Origin: a virus
Lineage: Duplodnaviria > Caudoviricetes
Direction: 5' to 3' (one strand)
IMG/VR virus record: IMGVR_UViG_3300030060_001384
Coordinates: 1 to 50,594 of that record
DNA length: 50,594 bases
Shown: positions 10,401-20,059 of the stretch, in pieces
Position numbering within the stretch: position 1 is the stretch's first letter
Layout: every line of letters starts with the position of its first letter
Made by a program: the position numbers and the translations under genes
The notes under the pieces: generated by a model
What the model saw: the letters and a program-made list of their open reading frames with translations, nothing else
Told to the model about the DNA's origin: nothing
The model's database searches: none

Positions 10401-12136
10401 TCGTCGAGACAGCCGCAGAAGAAGGAGTGTACCTGCCTCTATTTGAGATGACACCGAATCAGGTGCGGAAAGTTGACCTCGCTATTACTAATCTGAAGTA
10501 TCGTCACAGAGATAACGGACAGGTAACCCGGACCCTTGTCAACATGGCTAATCTTACAGAAGGAAAGTTTGGACAGTTTGAGATTGACGGTGTAGATGCC
10601 GGTCAGTTGCAGATACGCGATCCTGACAGTGGCAAGCTAGTTGCTTTCAGTGATTACATGGGAGCGGCTAAGAGGGACTACTTCGAATTCAAGTCCAACT
10701 GGCACGATATGAACGAGGACGCAATCATCCCGAATCTGATGTCGTGGGGCACGCGCAAAAGAAATCCCTTGGGAGTGACAGCGGACAACCCTACAGGGAT
10801 GAAGTACGACAGTCTCGTTAGCGAGTGGATCACAATGGACATGCTTACTGATCCGACGCAGAGTGGTCGATTTATGGCGTCTCTCAATAGGACGTTAGGA
10901 AAGCCTGCAGGTGATAGGGGCTATCGTCTCGTAGAGGGTTCAGGTAACACCGTAACTGCACAGGCTTACTTACGTGCATTTCTCGGGGAGAATATAGCCA
11001 AGATGGCCTCTGCTGGCGAACTGGATGCAAACAAACTTCGTTTGATGGCCGCTGATATAGAACAGAATCTAAAGATGATTGACGCTAACGGAACTGAAGT
11101 TCCCCTACTGCCAGTTGGAGAAGTTATCGATGACGTGCTGGGAGATTGGCGAGGCAACATATCCGAGGAACTGGTTGCGTCAGTAGAAGCTAATACTAAA
11201 AAGAAAATTGGCATGGCTCTAAGTAATGCCTCCGGACCTGCAAAGCAACGTAGAAACGATCTGAATGATGCTTTAGGTGTTCTTAACGAATTGAACGGTA
11301 CAAGAGCGACTATGGAACAGGCAGGAATCATGCTCGTAGGTAGCGGCAAAAACGGCTACTTTAAATTCAAAGAAGCTTTATCTGTGCTTAGAAACGCAGA
11401 CGGGAGCTTAAAATATACAGAAGACGAAGTAGATGAGTTGATTGCGAGCATCTATCTTCTCAACACACGCTCTAAAGTGTTTTCGCCCACGGGAAGAAAG
11501 CTGGTATCAACAGTGGAGGGCGGCGAAGTAAAGAAGTTTGCTGAAACTCCCGAACTTCGCGAAGACCCCACCATGTTTAATCTTATGCTTGGCCAAACTG
11601 ATGAACAGCGAGAAGTTGTCCGCATGATTATTGGCGACAAAAGATTTAAAGTTTGGGAAGCTATGGCAGGGTTCATGTCCGAAATCAACAATAACCCTAT
11701 CGGCAATAGCGGTATTCTTATCAAGGGTGCGCCTCGTTCTCTGTCTATTGAGAGCTACATTAGCCGTCTCTATGCGATCAACAGAGGAGTTGTTCGTCCC
11801 CAATATGTCGGCACTGAAGCAGTCATCCAGTCTCTTAGATTCCGAAACTACGAATTCTTAACAGCCGCTTTAACAAACCCAGAACTGGGAAGTTTGTTTC
11901 TTGAGATGGTACGCACTGGCAAGCCGCTAAGTCCAAAACGGGACGCTCGTTTCCAAGAACTTCTAGTACAAACGTATGCACAACAGTCGCAAATGCACGG
12001 CGCAGAAAGCAAAGACGTGGTAGACGTGGCAGGAAGAAAGTTCACTGTACACGCAACACCCGCAGACAAGTTTCGTATGGGATACGAAGCAACAGACATC
12101 GATTTAACACTACCATCTTTAAACATACTGCCATAA
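7463..12136 (+). CDS. Large internal virion (ejection) protein
   Basis: 1557 aa, largest ORF, TGATG-coupled; no RNA polymerase motif seen. Confidence 0.65.
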   Translation: MAYVRDTKSLTTKIDEVPTPSNTGFGPPTTRDSAFMAPMGMTPEQEKLLSTPTDVALEKTEEVTTAPLELPVVGKIPGGMGMATNRLLEIPWQKTKPGISISSVIPLDDEDYRVNTFMTLDEYENAEGETISLEGYDYARRLSTADKFGATKFVKYDKETGERIVQAVPWEKIVIQQTKVPEKIGGSDLLGGDKFQIYTEGMTLKEYERLVFANRAFSTLITPDPDLGRTIHAQYLNEMLTAAGIDDRGRALIIFDQLENPSNDEMTRLVTGAMDVLGRSVIETALYATGETAGFVGMLIDKKMDGTIADYQTRQAVADSWWKPLAYDVQDYFKKQGVTMNLATAEELARTQTGFIPFLTQFGLEVAAPSRTALAKRGMTAEKDLERFFVFFRQQRRENPEITVDDAVKGFAEQQAGNSFLRFVPLSSDKRRIAGYESRLVTAFQLQETLMEPAERVAVRGATSRLAALIAQQDHLRERIADPKVEQPFKLKKELETVNQRINAAEYELRKVERQSSIPKYVTDMKIQDNYIIVGGATVGHFFDENEMDRDFGTIIGLGAGIAVSVTKGKVPAALDFVLGQMNKFNPITSSREAAQLRFFVREMQRSSPELQEIVNLQGQRIAEYQDRLVAAGVPVEVLQTTLPVITNIVTLRHFEDVIKQRVDTKGIISSEQTQNIQKLASLNQQLNAQLNRVLADFEVSNEVEKEFFDMIDYFRKETAETRDRLSATITTYNKEGIGHYLNPAIGSKATITQEGSPVGVPGSEEFMTFDQASESLHNQLLIDNNALPEDDFLSVLQEGRDVVNQGLQAASNGMLARVGNAKAAKRQINTEGSIDIEVDATPGGMMSMHLEFEYSASRTFASRRFSHMDSNNVEYAVLGSKVSGTPVVDMKDVFDEAFALEVPGVGRLSRINKDDLSAGELATLDKTIEELTNPFFETMAAEKGIDKATLLKDLKASAEAANYSFGSGRNTQAIVAKYLVETAAEEGVYLPLFEMTPNQVRKVDLAITNLKYRHRDNGQVTRTLVNMANLTEGKFGQFEIDGVDAGQLQIRDPDSGKLVAFSDYMGAAKRDYFEFKSNWHDMNEDAIIPNLMSWGTRKRNPLGVTADNPTGMKYDSLVSEWITMDMLTDPTQSGRFMASLNRTLGKPAGDRGYRLVEGSGNTVTAQAYLRAFLGENIAKMASAGELDANKLRLMAADIEQNLKMIDANGTEVPLLPVGEVIDDVLGDWRGNISEELVASVEANTKKKIGMALSNASGPAKQRRNDLNDALGVLNELNGTRATMEQAGIMLVGSGKNGYFKFKEALSVLRNADGSLKYTEDEVDELIASIYLLNTRSKVFSPTGRKLVSTVEGGEVKKFAETPELREDPTMFNLMLGQTDEQREVVRMIIGDKRFKVWEAMAGFMSEINNNPIGNSGILIKGAPRSLSIESYISRLYAINRGVVRPQYVGTEAVIQSLRFRNYEFLTAALTNPELGSLFLEMVRTGKPLSPKRDARFQELLVQTYAQQSQMHGAESKDVVDVAGRKFTVHATPADKFRMGYEATDIDLTLPSLNILP

Positions 12137-12147
12137 AGGAGAAACCC

Positions 12148-12468
12148 ATGAAGATGTACAACAACGGCCAACGCAAGGCCATGATGTATGGTGGCATGTC
12201 AAAGCGTAAGCCGATGATGTACGGCGGCATGGCAGCCAAAAAGAAAAAGCCCCGCAAGAAGGCTCAAGCGGGGGGCATGATGACCACAACACAGGGTCAG
12301 CAGAATCAGATGCAAAATCAGACGATGCAGAAGCCGAAGATGCCGAAAATGCCGATGATGGGCATGAAGGAGGGCGGCAGTCTGAAGATGGTAAACGTAG
12401 ACGGTAGGATGGTCCCAGAGTTTGCCGCAGACGGCGTAGGTGCGAAAGACCTCAAGAAGCGCGGTTAG
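12148..12468 (+). CDS. Small basic M/K/G-rich protein with repeated x-x-x-GG motifs
   Basis: RBS AAGGAG; MMYGG twice, AQAGG, MKEGG. Confidence 0.75.
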   Translation: MKMYNNGQRKAMMYGGMSKRKPMMYGGMAAKKKKPRKKAQAGGMMTTTQGQQNQMQNQTMQKPKMPKMPMMGMKEGGSLKMVNVDGRMVPEFAADGVGAKDLKKRG

Positions 12469-12674
12469 ATATACCCGCCTGACTTATCCATCATCTCATC
12501 TGTTACTGAACTAAAGTAACGTAACATGGACGCTATGGAGTGTGCCCCATCATAATCGGGCACCCCGGCGTCCATTTCTCTTTGAAACTCTTCTGGCCGG
12601 ATCATATCCTTTGCAAGCTCTACCTTGCCATCCTGTCGTAAGTATACATTGAACGAAAACAAGTTAGCCTTCAT
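12465..12674 (-). CDS. Hypothetical protein
   Basis: Last ORF of the - operon, ATGA-type overlap with the upstream gene. Confidence 0.65.
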   Translation of the reverse strand: MKANLFSFNVYLRQDGKVELAKDMIRPEEFQREMDAGVPDYDGAHSIASMLRYFSSVTDEMMDKSGGYI

Positions 12675-12880
12675 AACTGTTCTCCCACTACTTCACACTT
12701 GTATGAATACGCATGAGGTGGTGGAAGAGGCTTGGGCATTCGCAATATCATTTCTGACATCTCCATGACCCGCTCTTCACAAAGTTCCTCCGTCCGGTAT
12801 GGTCCCCACTCATCTTCAAAATTCATACAAGGTCCGTCCGGTAAATAAAAAGAACACACTATGACCAGTGCCTTATACAT
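12671..12880 (-). CDS. Small Cys-containing hypothetical protein
   Basis: Hydrophobic N-terminus, GPYRTEELC, C-terminal YKC; coupled to neighbours. Confidence 0.65.
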   Translation of the reverse strand: MYKALVIVCSFYLPDGPCMNFEDEWGPYRTEELCEERVMEMSEMILRMPKPLPPPHAYSYKCEVVGEQL

Positions 12881-13346
12881 TGTTTAATTCCTCTATCGTA
12901 AGATTGTAACAGTCTGCTCGTACCTCGTATCCGTTGTCGGGATCGAAGTCCCCCTTTTTCATAAACTTTGCCTTCTCGAAATACTCTTCCTTTGGCAAGA
13001 ATCCCAAAAACCATCCCTTAGAAAAATCTTTCAACACACGAGTAAACGCATAGATGTCACACTTCTGCCGTGTGTTGTAGTTGCTGATGCTGCATGAGTA
13101 GTGGGGCAACGGTGTGGCAGATGTCTGTTTGGTTTTTACCTCGACTTTGCGACCATCGTCCAAGATGATGTCGTAGTCAAAAGAGTTGTTCCATTTACCG
13201 CCCATGGCCTCAATCGCGATTTGCTCACCGAGGAAGCCTGCTACGCTTCCGCCGCCCCTTAGTATCGAGTTATGCAGTAGACCCATCTCAGTGGCCTTCC
13301 TACGGCCAGCAATCAGCATTTCGTCACTTATCTGTACTTCGATCAA
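12873..13346 (-). CDS. PD-(D/E)xK restriction-endonuclease-like protein
   Basis: GFLGE..YDIIL..VEVKTK motif; TTG start at 13346 chosen for its GGAGG RBS (track start is 13394). Confidence 0.6.
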   Translation of the reverse strand: MIEVQISDEMLIAGRRKATEMGLLHNSILRGGGSVAGFLGEQIAIEAMGGKWNNSFDYDIILDDGRKVEVKTKQTSATPLPHYSCSISNYNTRQKCDIYAFTRVLKDFSKGWFLGFLPKEEYFEKAKFMKKGDFDPDNGYEVRADCYNLTIEELNNV

Positions 13347-13452
13347 CGATCTTCCTCCACTCCTTGTAGCAGGGGTGATTTCGAGGTGGGTCATGCTGGA
13401 CCCACCCCTTTCCCTGCTTCCATATGGGACGTGTTTCTTTCTTAGGCGGCAT
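13324..13452 (-). CDS. Small hypothetical protein (42 aa)
   Basis: MPPKKETRPIWKQGKGWVQHDPPRNHPCY..., GAGGTGG RBS; fills the gap after nrdJ. Confidence 0.5.
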   Translation of the reverse strand: MPPKKETRPIWKQGKGWVQHDPPRNHPCYKEWRKIVDRSTDK

Positions 13453-15382
13453 TGAGATCAACCACCTCACACACACCAGCCGTGCAGGCCAACTCGCGAG
13501 AGCCAGACGTATTGTCTTCTCGCTCGTATTCGGACAACGCCTGCCAGTCAATGTCGATGTATCCGTATGCCTTCTCCCACTCCAGATAATCTTCGCGTTC
13601 GATGTCCTGATAGGGTGCCTGTTGATAGGTGTGATCACTGTGCGGCAGGAACGACACGCCCGACGCCACGTCGAAGTTCTCGTACACCCACGTGCCCACT
13701 TCCATCCACTCGTCCTCTTTGACCGTGATGGTCACAGACGGCTTGTGTTCGCACCAGTGGACAGCGTACGTCTTCCAAAGCTCTAGCTGTTCAATGGCTG
13801 TCATATCATTGCGAGTGACCGCACCATCAGGCGACTCCATTGCAAAGGAGAACACAGTCGTATTATCCGGCTTCATCACATCCGGCTCGTTGTACACACC
13901 CTGTTCCTTCAGGAACTGTGTCAGCGGGTCTTTGTTGTCTCCACGAACTGTGCGTATGTAATACTTGCTGTGTCTAGCGTGAATGCCGCTTGCAGCGTCC
14001 ACCAGTTGCGATACAGTACCCGACGGTTTTACACAGGTGATGGCAGCCGACTGTGGAATACCAAGCCCGTTCGTTGCCAAGTCCCAGTTTGTGTCTACGG
14101 CCACGAGCTTCATCTCTTCGAGCCAACGGGCGGAATCGACGGTCTTTGATAAGACGTGATGATCCATGATACCAGTCAAGGATACGCCCAACAATCGTTC
14201 TTCTTCTGTGTTGGTCTTCCATATCTTCCTCAGATACTTGAAGTCAGTGAGCGTGGACTGCAGCGTGCCCAAGATAGTCGCAAGATGGACCTTTTCTTTC
14301 AGGTCTTCAAGCGTGTCGTAGTCACGGACAACCACCTCTGACAGGTTGCAAAACTGGTAGGGACGCAGGATGATCTCGCTGCAGGGATTGGTGCCCCACA
14401 TGTGCCCTGTCTCGCGACGTTCGTTACGAGCAACCTGTTTGTCGGCAGCGTCACGATTGAAGATGCCACGCTCCCCAGACTTGGAGTCATACAGAGACAG
14501 CCACTCGCGCATGAACGTGCCCATCTCGGGCTTGCCCTTGTAGGCAACAGAGTTGTTAGCCAGCGCACGCTGTCCCTCGTTCTCCCACCACGCACCAGAC
14601 TTGGCATGTGCCATCTGATCGTCGTTCAGGTTCGACAGACTAATCAGGGCAGAGCGACGAACGCCGCCCACCACAACGACCTCGCCCACCTTGCACATCA
14701 GGTCGTGACACTCGATAGGAAACAGGCGACGACCTTGTGCCTTTACAAATAGTTGTACAGCAAAGTTAAACAAATCTTCGAGCGGACCCGGGCCAGAAGC
14801 ACGACCACCCATCGTCTTTAGACGCGCACCAGACGGACGTATGGCGGACAAGTCCCACTTCGGAATGTGTCCTGCATACAGCAGTGCAATCAGTTCACGC
14901 AGCGCCTTGGCCCATCCGGGCTTAGAGTCGCCAACTTTGATCACTGTGTCTGTGGGTTGCATACCGTCACTGATCACCGGCAGCTTGTCCACGTTCTCAC
15001 GCTCCACAGAGAAGCCCACGCCTGTGCCACACATCAGGATGTACATGCACTCGTCAAACGCACGAGGGCTGTCAACAGGGATGTAGCTACAGTTGTATCC
15101 ACAGATGTTGTCCCGTGCAAGAGCGGGACCAGCAGTCATCATGGCACGCATCGACGGCATGATGTCTTGACTAAGTATCGCCTCACGTAGCTTGCCCACA
15201 TCACCGGGACACAGATACTCTATATCAAAATCGTGCTTCTCTTTGACGTGATCGACCATGAACTGCAAATAGCGTTCTACGGTCTCGTCCCAATTCTCTC
15301 GGCGTTGTTCGTCGTCAAGCCAGCGTGCGTAGCGGGACTTGTGTATGAACTGCTGATAGGGTGTGGGCAACATGTTATTCAT
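13442..15382 (-). CDS. nrdJ: Class II (adenosylcobalamin-dependent) ribonucleotide reductase
   Basis: GYNC, GGVRRSA, GTNPCSEI, TCVKPSGT, C-terminal CTAGVC; no beta-subunit gene. Confidence 0.93.
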   Translation of the reverse strand: MNNMLPTPYQQFIHKSRYARWLDDEQRRENWDETVERYLQFMVDHVKEKHDFDIEYLCPGDVGKLREAILSQDIMPSMRAMMTAGPALARDNICGYNCSYIPVDSPRAFDECMYILMCGTGVGFSVERENVDKLPVISDGMQPTDTVIKVGDSKPGWAKALRELIALLYAGHIPKWDLSAIRPSGARLKTMGGRASGPGPLEDLFNFAVQLFVKAQGRRLFPIECHDLMCKVGEVVVVGGVRRSALISLSNLNDDQMAHAKSGAWWENEGQRALANNSVAYKGKPEMGTFMREWLSLYDSKSGERGIFNRDAADKQVARNERRETGHMWGTNPCSEIILRPYQFCNLSEVVVRDYDTLEDLKEKVHLATILGTLQSTLTDFKYLRKIWKTNTEEERLLGVSLTGIMDHHVLSKTVDSARWLEEMKLVAVDTNWDLATNGLGIPQSAAITCVKPSGTVSQLVDAASGIHARHSKYYIRTVRGDNKDPLTQFLKEQGVYNEPDVMKPDNTTVFSFAMESPDGAVTRNDMTAIEQLELWKTYAVHWCEHKPSVTITVKEDEWMEVGTWVYENFDVASGVSFLPHSDHTYQQAPYQDIEREDYLEWEKAYGYIDIDWQALSEYEREDNTSGSRELACTAGVCEVVDLNAA

Positions 15383-15671
15383 CTGTAATCTCCTCGATAA
15401 GTTTTCCTAAGTACCACTGTGCCTTTTCTAGGTCTTGGACGCCGTTCTTGTAACGATAGCGCCAGAGGTACTTGATGATGTTTCCTTGCAGGTAATATTG
15501 ATAGCCTTCGTCTGTGGCAGCGCGTATGGCTTCGATACACTCAACCCCTGCCTGATTGTAGTGCGGCGGGTTGTTGACCATGTCCGCCGCCCAATTGGCA
15601 TTTGCTGCCCCCTGTAAACTTGCCATGGTCTCTTCCCGCATTCGTTCTTTCATGTACTCTTCGTGTCTCAT
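15375..15671 (-). CDS. DUF3310 / T7 gp1.7-like protein
   Basis: VNNPPHY..ECIEAI..GNIIKYLWRY..KNGVQDLEKAQWYL. Confidence 0.88.
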   Translation of the reverse strand: MRHEEYMKERMREETMASLQGAANANWAADMVNNPPHYNQAGVECIEAIRAATDEGYQYYLQGNIIKYLWRYRYKNGVQDLEKAQWYLGKLIEEITDE

Positions 15672-16012
15672 TGCTTCTTACCAAAGTCTACTTTGATGAT
15701 GTTCTTGCCCGGAAGTCTCTCTACGTTTGCACCGTTGCCTGTGACCTCTTCCATCACATGCTTCTCGTGTTCAAAACGCAGACGGGCCAGACCTGCCGCC
15801 ATGACCCGATCAAAGTCAGACTCCATTAGCTCTATCAGTCCTGACAACACAACAGTGCCAGCGGAAAAGTAGTCGTCGTCTTCATCCTCAATAGTCGTGT
15901 CGTAGGCAGCCATGTTGAGGCTGTCTTCGTCGTTTGTACGCAGGACGATGTACCACCTGTCTTGCAACAGGCTGGCCCTCTCCAGCATCGATTCCATATC
16001 ATTTTCGTCCAT
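15668..16012 (-). CDS. Hypothetical protein
   Basis: ATG at 16012 (MDENDME...), acidic, C-terminal NIIKVDF. Confidence 0.65.
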   Translation of the reverse strand: MDENDMESMLERASLLQDRWYIVLRTNDEDSLNMAAYDTTIEDEDDDYFSAGTVVLSGLIELMESDFDRVMAAGLARLRFEHEKHVMEEVTGNGANVERLPGKNIIKVDFGKKQ

Positions 16013-16379
16013 TTTTGTACCAACCCTCCGGTATGCTGCCCTCGGCCCACTCGAAGCCATGGCGGTCAGCCCAAGCACCGTACGTGGTCTTTGACCCTTT
16101 GTAAATCTTGTTGCGTGCGTTCTGGAACAAAAGGCGAATATCCAAGTCCGGATTCTGTTCCTTGACAAGCAGCATCTTAACACGGTCGTTCTTGTCGAAC
16201 TTGCCCTTGGCCTCTACAAACACATCTGTGGACGGGAAGTAGAAGTCAGGTGTGTAGGTGCGAGGCTTGGGCACGAACGTAACCTTACGCTTCTCGTACT
16301 CGAACTTTACATCCCGCTGTCGCAACGCTCTAGCCACGTTCAACTCGAAGTGCGACCTGTATCCCCCCATGCTCTTCAT
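15999..16379 (-). CDS. Endonuclease I (T7 gp3-like Holliday junction resolvase)
   Basis: YRSHFE, YE..YTPDF, VEAKG, DIRLLFQ, TTYGAWAD. Confidence 0.9.
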   Translation of the reverse strand: MKSMGGYRSHFELNVARALRQRDVKFEYEKRKVTFVPKPRTYTPDFYFPSTDVFVEAKGKFDKNDRVKMLLVKEQNPDLDIRLLFQNARNKIYKGSKTTYGAWADRHGFEWAEGSIPEGWYKNGRK

Positions 16380-16756
16380 AGTGACATTCCTATCGAGTCC
16401 ATTCTTTTTTTCATGTAGCCTGCCAGTTTTGGGGATAGTCTTTGTATACTGTCCATTTCTCTTGAGAGGGGCAATATCGGCACACACACATTTGCTCCGT
16501 TGAAAGATAGGCGACTGATGTTTTGTAGTTCTATTTCGATCTGACGCACGTCCCGTGCCTCTGTCTCGGCAGTGAACAAACCCATGTCAGAATAGTTGTC
16601 TCGCAACGTGAAGGGCAGGCCGCGTTCGTGCTGACGCATGTACACGACCTTGCGCTCTCCACCGGCTTGCGAGACAGACTCGACAAAGACGTGGTGCATG
16701 TCCTTGTTCAACTCCATCAGATCGATGTCGTAGTCTCGCACGAAGATGTATGGCAT
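16376..16756 (-). CDS. Hypothetical protein
   Basis: ATG at 16756 (MPYIFVRD...), coupled at both ends. Confidence 0.65.
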   Translation of the reverse strand: MPYIFVRDYDIDLMELNKDMHHVFVESVSQAGGERKVVYMRQHERGLPFTLRDNYSDMGLFTAETEARDVRQIEIELQNISRLSFNGANVCVPILPLSREMDSIQRLSPKLAGYMKKRMDSIGMSL

Positions 16757-17649
16757 CACAGAACCTTCTTCTTCAGGCGGCTGTACCATGCCTTCGGTCT
16801 GTTCTTGGCACGGGACGTGACCTTGTCGTGATACACAGCGTTGGGCCAGCAGTGATGCTTGAAGCCACACATGCCACACTGTTTTGCAAGCAGCTTGTTG
16901 CCCGTGCGGACATCCTCGCCGTCCTTGCGGAACGTCTCGAATTCGTCCTTGAAGTCCACCCGAGGTTTGACACTCGGGTCTGTCAAGATTTTGACACGTC
17001 GCACAGCATCCTTGAGATATTCTTTCTTGTCGTCTTGGCACCAGTCAGGCACGTCCACGACAGCTATCTCTCCGCTGGACTTGTTGACCACGATCCAGCC
17101 GCCAAAGGGCAGGCCCACGGCCTCTGCGTACAGGAAGCCCTGCATAGCGTAGCCAAAGGGATCATCGCGCTTGATGGCCTCGTAGCCACCCGCGCCCGTG
17201 TACTTGTACTTGTACGCCCATTCGCTTGCAGACTTGATGTCCCAGACTTTCTCTTCGCCAAGCTCGTCACGCAGGATCACGTCAAGGGTGCCCTTGATCT
17301 TATGCCCAGCTATCTCTAGTTCGACGGAGCGTTGGAAGTCTACGATCTCGACGCCTGCCTCTCGCAGTGCCATCATCACGACGGCCTCTGTCAGATCGCC
17401 AAACAGGAAACGGAATATAGCGTTATACTCCATCTCTTCTTTGTGGCCCTCGCGCTCCAGCAGTTGCTGACACAGAGGGCGTCCCAGTCCAGACATGCGT
17501 ATACGATAGCCCTCGTCACCACGGCTCATTTGCTTGGTAATGGCTTCTGTGCAGTCTTTGGAAAAGGAATCAATGCTTTCCGGGGAGACATTTACGTCCC
17601 CCCGGAGTGCGTTTGTCAGGAAGTCTTGGACTTTAAGTTGCGTGAACAT
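16756..17649 (-). CDS. PD-(D/E)xK (Cas4/RecB-like) exonuclease
   Basis: RMSGLGRPLCQ, GTLD, WDIKSAS, C-terminal CGMCGFKHHCW. Confidence 0.82.
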   Translation of the reverse strand: MFTQLKVQDFLTNALRGDVNVSPESIDSFSKDCTEAITKQMSRGDEGYRIRMSGLGRPLCQQLLEREGHKEEMEYNAIFRFLFGDLTEAVVMMALREAGVEIVDFQRSVELEIAGHKIKGTLDVILRDELGEEKVWDIKSASEWAYKYKYTGAGGYEAIKRDDPFGYAMQGFLYAEAVGLPFGGWIVVNKSSGEIAVVDVPDWCQDDKKEYLKDAVRRVKILTDPSVKPRVDFKDEFETFRKDGEDVRTGNKLLAKQCGMCGFKHHCWPNAVYHDKVTSRAKNRPKAWYSRLKKKVL

Positions 17650-18496
17650 CGACGAAATCCGACGCTAGATCGCTTTCGTCATCAGTTGCTACAAGCTTGA
17701 CTGCTTCGCGATATTGGTTAGTGACAGTCTCATTGTGAGCCTTCACTGTGTCCCCGAACATCCGCATCAGTTCCTTGTCTTCTTCCTTAATCTCCACGGC
17801 CTTTGCAAAACTGACCACGGGTGTCCAATACGTCACGCTACCCTTCTTATTCTTTCCGGTAGAGAAGTTGGCGACAGATTTTTGCATCACCTTCTTCTGC
17901 TTGTTCAGCGTGTCGATAAAATCAGCGACGGGCTTGAAGCCAGACCTCTTGAAGTAAGAGATGATTGGCTGGTCAACGACCTGTACCCCGTTGCCGTCTG
18001 CATCCACAAAGTCACCGGTGATCTTGCCATAGATGACCTGATTACACACCACAGAGCGTGAATGCAGGTAGGCAGGATCGTCCTTTGACAGAGCGTCTTC
18101 TTGCTCCCGTGTCAGGCGGCCACACTTGTTGCCCCCAAGACTGTCCGGAAAATCCCCTGACAGCACGGTCTTCTGAACCGACTTGCAGGAGAAGGAGTTT
18201 GTCTCCTGATCCCACACGCTGTACTCGTAGGTTCGCAACAGAATCTGTATGTCAACAGAGGGCGCATAGATCATCTTGCCCTCATACATCATCTTCCATT
18301 CACCACGGGTCAAGGGCTTGCCCTCGTCGTCCTCTGCATCGTAATTGATATTGATGCGAGGCAGTCCGACCTGACGGTTACCGCCAGTTGACTGTCCCGA
18401 TGCGTCCATCAGAGCCTGATCATCACCAGACTCAAATGCTTGGACGAGTTTATCCACATCGTCAAGTGCCGCTACATTTGTCCCTAACATGTTCAC
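17633..18496 (-). CDS. Putative single-stranded DNA-binding protein
   Basis: Between polymerase and exonuclease; LPRININ, KKGSVTYW, acidic C-terminus. Confidence 0.6.
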   Translation of the reverse strand: MNMLGTNVAALDDVDKLVQAFESGDDQALMDASGQSTGGNRQVGLPRININYDAEDDEGKPLTRGEWKMMYEGKMIYAPSVDIQILLRTYEYSVWDQETNSFSCKSVQKTVLSGDFPDSLGGNKCGRLTREQEDALSKDDPAYLHSRSVVCNQVIYGKITGDFVDADGNGVQVVDQPIISYFKRSGFKPVADFIDTLNKQKKVMQKSVANFSTGKNKKGSVTYWTPVVSFAKAVEIKEEDKELMRMFGDTVKAHNETVTNQYREAVKLVATDDESDLASDFVDVHAT

Positions 18497-18523
18497 CTCG
18501 TTCTTTAGGGTTGTAGAAAGATA

Positions 18524-20059
18524 TTACAAACTAACTTCTTCCAAGTCAAGCCAGTTTTTTCCTATTTTAATTTCTATGCCCACTGGCATGTCGTAGGTCA
18601 GTCCGTATCTGCGAATAGTTTCAAACGGTAAGGACAGCATTGCGTGTTGTAAAATATTTATGCACATGTCCTTTTCGTCTGGATGAACGTCCATGACAAT
18701 CGAGTCGTGGACCGTGTTGCAAATCACACTGCGGATGTTGACATCCGTAATTGTTTTCTGTAGGGACACCAGAGCCAGAGGGAGAAGGTCCGCAGTGGCA
18801 AACCCCTGCACAGGATAGTTGCATATGGCGGTGCGGTTGGTGGCTGTGCCCCACTCTGTCCACTTGCATCCGGGGAACATGTACTCCCGACCGGATGGTA
18901 GTCGGACCTTTTTGTATTTGACTGCATGTCGTTGCAACTCCCCGTGCCACATGGTGATGTCTTCGTACTTCTCCTTGAAAGCACGGTAGTATCGCTTCTG
19001 TGCATCCGTGCCTGTGGTGCCGCCGTACAGAGGCTTGAACGTGTGCGCCTTGGCCTGTTGCCGTGTGCAGCCGATCACGTCCGCTGTGTAGCTGTGTACG
19101 TCTGTGCCGTCTCGCACGTCAGCGTATGCCTGTTTGTCCCCCGCGAGAAAGCCAGCCACACGAAACTCTAGTTGCGAGTAATCTCCTTCCATGATAAGGC
19201 CGCCCTCGAAGCGGCTCTCGACAACCTTGCGTATTGCGAAGGTATTACCACGTGGCATATTTTGAAAGTTCGGGTTACGAGACGAAAGGCGACCCGTCGC
19301 CGTAACACATTGCATGAATTCCGGATGGATGAAGCCGTGGTCATCGACGTTGTTTTCCATGCCCTCGACGAACGTGTTGATGTACGTCTTGAGGGCGTTG
19401 TAGCGAGTATACGCTGAAACAAATTCATGTGCATCCCCCTGCAAGTCTTCGAGTTGCTCTTCCAGTGTGGTCTTGTCAGTGCGGAATCCTGCTGACGCTG
19501 TGTCAAACGAGTTGCGTGGCACGATCTTGAAGCCAGCCACTCTGCCAGTAGACGTGTAGAACACACCACTGCCGCCACAAGCCTTGCACACACGCATGGC
19601 TTTGCCCGGGCTGCCATCCTTGCGGATGCTTTGTATGCGGCCTGTGCCGTTGCATTCCTGACACATCTCACCCCGTGTGCGATACACCACGTCTGTGTGA
19701 CGACGTACGATGCCGCGAAACTCGTTCTCCGACATGCGTGTGCGTTGTTTAGGCTTCATGGTCGAGCCTCGCATCTCATGCCCCAGATTGAACATACGCG
19801 CCCACTCCTTCTTGTCACGCACACGACGCGAATACAACAGGACACTGCGGTCATCTGGGCTAGACAGATTGATCGGCGTGTCACCCATGGCTTCACGAGC
19901 CAACTCCATCAGCCGCGCCTCTAGCTCCAGCATCTCTTCTTCGTACTGCTTGCGTATATCAGCAAGCGTGTCCAGATTGATACGCAGTCCGTTGCGCTCA
20001 ATTTGTGACAATACGTTGGTCATCTCCAATGACAGCTTCAGTGTCGGTACTAGGCTCAT
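18524..20059 (-). CDS. DNA polymerase family A, polymerase domain with DnaJ-type zinc finger
   Basis: TATGRLSS, NFQNMPR, DYSQLEFR, RQQAKAHTFKPLYG, NYPVQG, VHDS; CQECNGTG/CKACGGSG; own RBS GAGGAG. Confidence 0.93.
   Translation of the reverse strand: MSLVPTLKLSLEMTNVLSQIERNGLRINLDTLADIRKQYEEEMLELEARLMELAREAMGDTPINLSSPDDRSVLLYSRRVRDKKEWARMFNLGHEMRGSTMKPKQRTRMSENEFRGIVRRHTDVVYRTRGEMCQECNGTGRIQSIRKDGSPGKAMRVCKACGGSGVFYTSTGRVAGFKIVPRNSFDTASAGFRTDKTTLEEQLEDLQGDAHEFVSAYTRYNALKTYINTFVEGMENNVDDHGFIHPEFMQCVTATGRLSSRNPNFQNMPRGNTFAIRKVVESRFEGGLIMEGDYSQLEFRVAGFLAGDKQAYADVRDGTDVHSYTADVIGCTRQQAKAHTFKPLYGGTTGTDAQKRYYRAFKEKYEDITMWHGELQRHAVKYKKVRLPSGREYMFPGCKWTEWGTATNRTAICNYPVQGFATADLLPLALVSLQKTITDVNIRSVICNTVHDSIVMDVHPDEKDMCINILQHAMLSLPFETIRRYGLTYDMPVGIEIKIGKNWLDLEEVSL

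Noticed and set aside
4659-12136. Virion RNA polymerase among the giant ORFs
   Set aside because: No single-subunit or DxDGD-type catalytic motif recognised; sigma70-like promoters occur throughout. A highly diverged enzyme cannot be excluded by eye
16756-17649. Cas4-like nuclease as part of a CRISPR system
   Set aside because: Sits in the replication operon next to SSB and endonuclease I, as usual for phage exonucleases
19998-20059. Polymerase as a pseudogene or sequencing frameshift
   Set aside because: All catalytic motifs are intact and the second ORF has its own RBS and ATG; kept as a split gene pending read check
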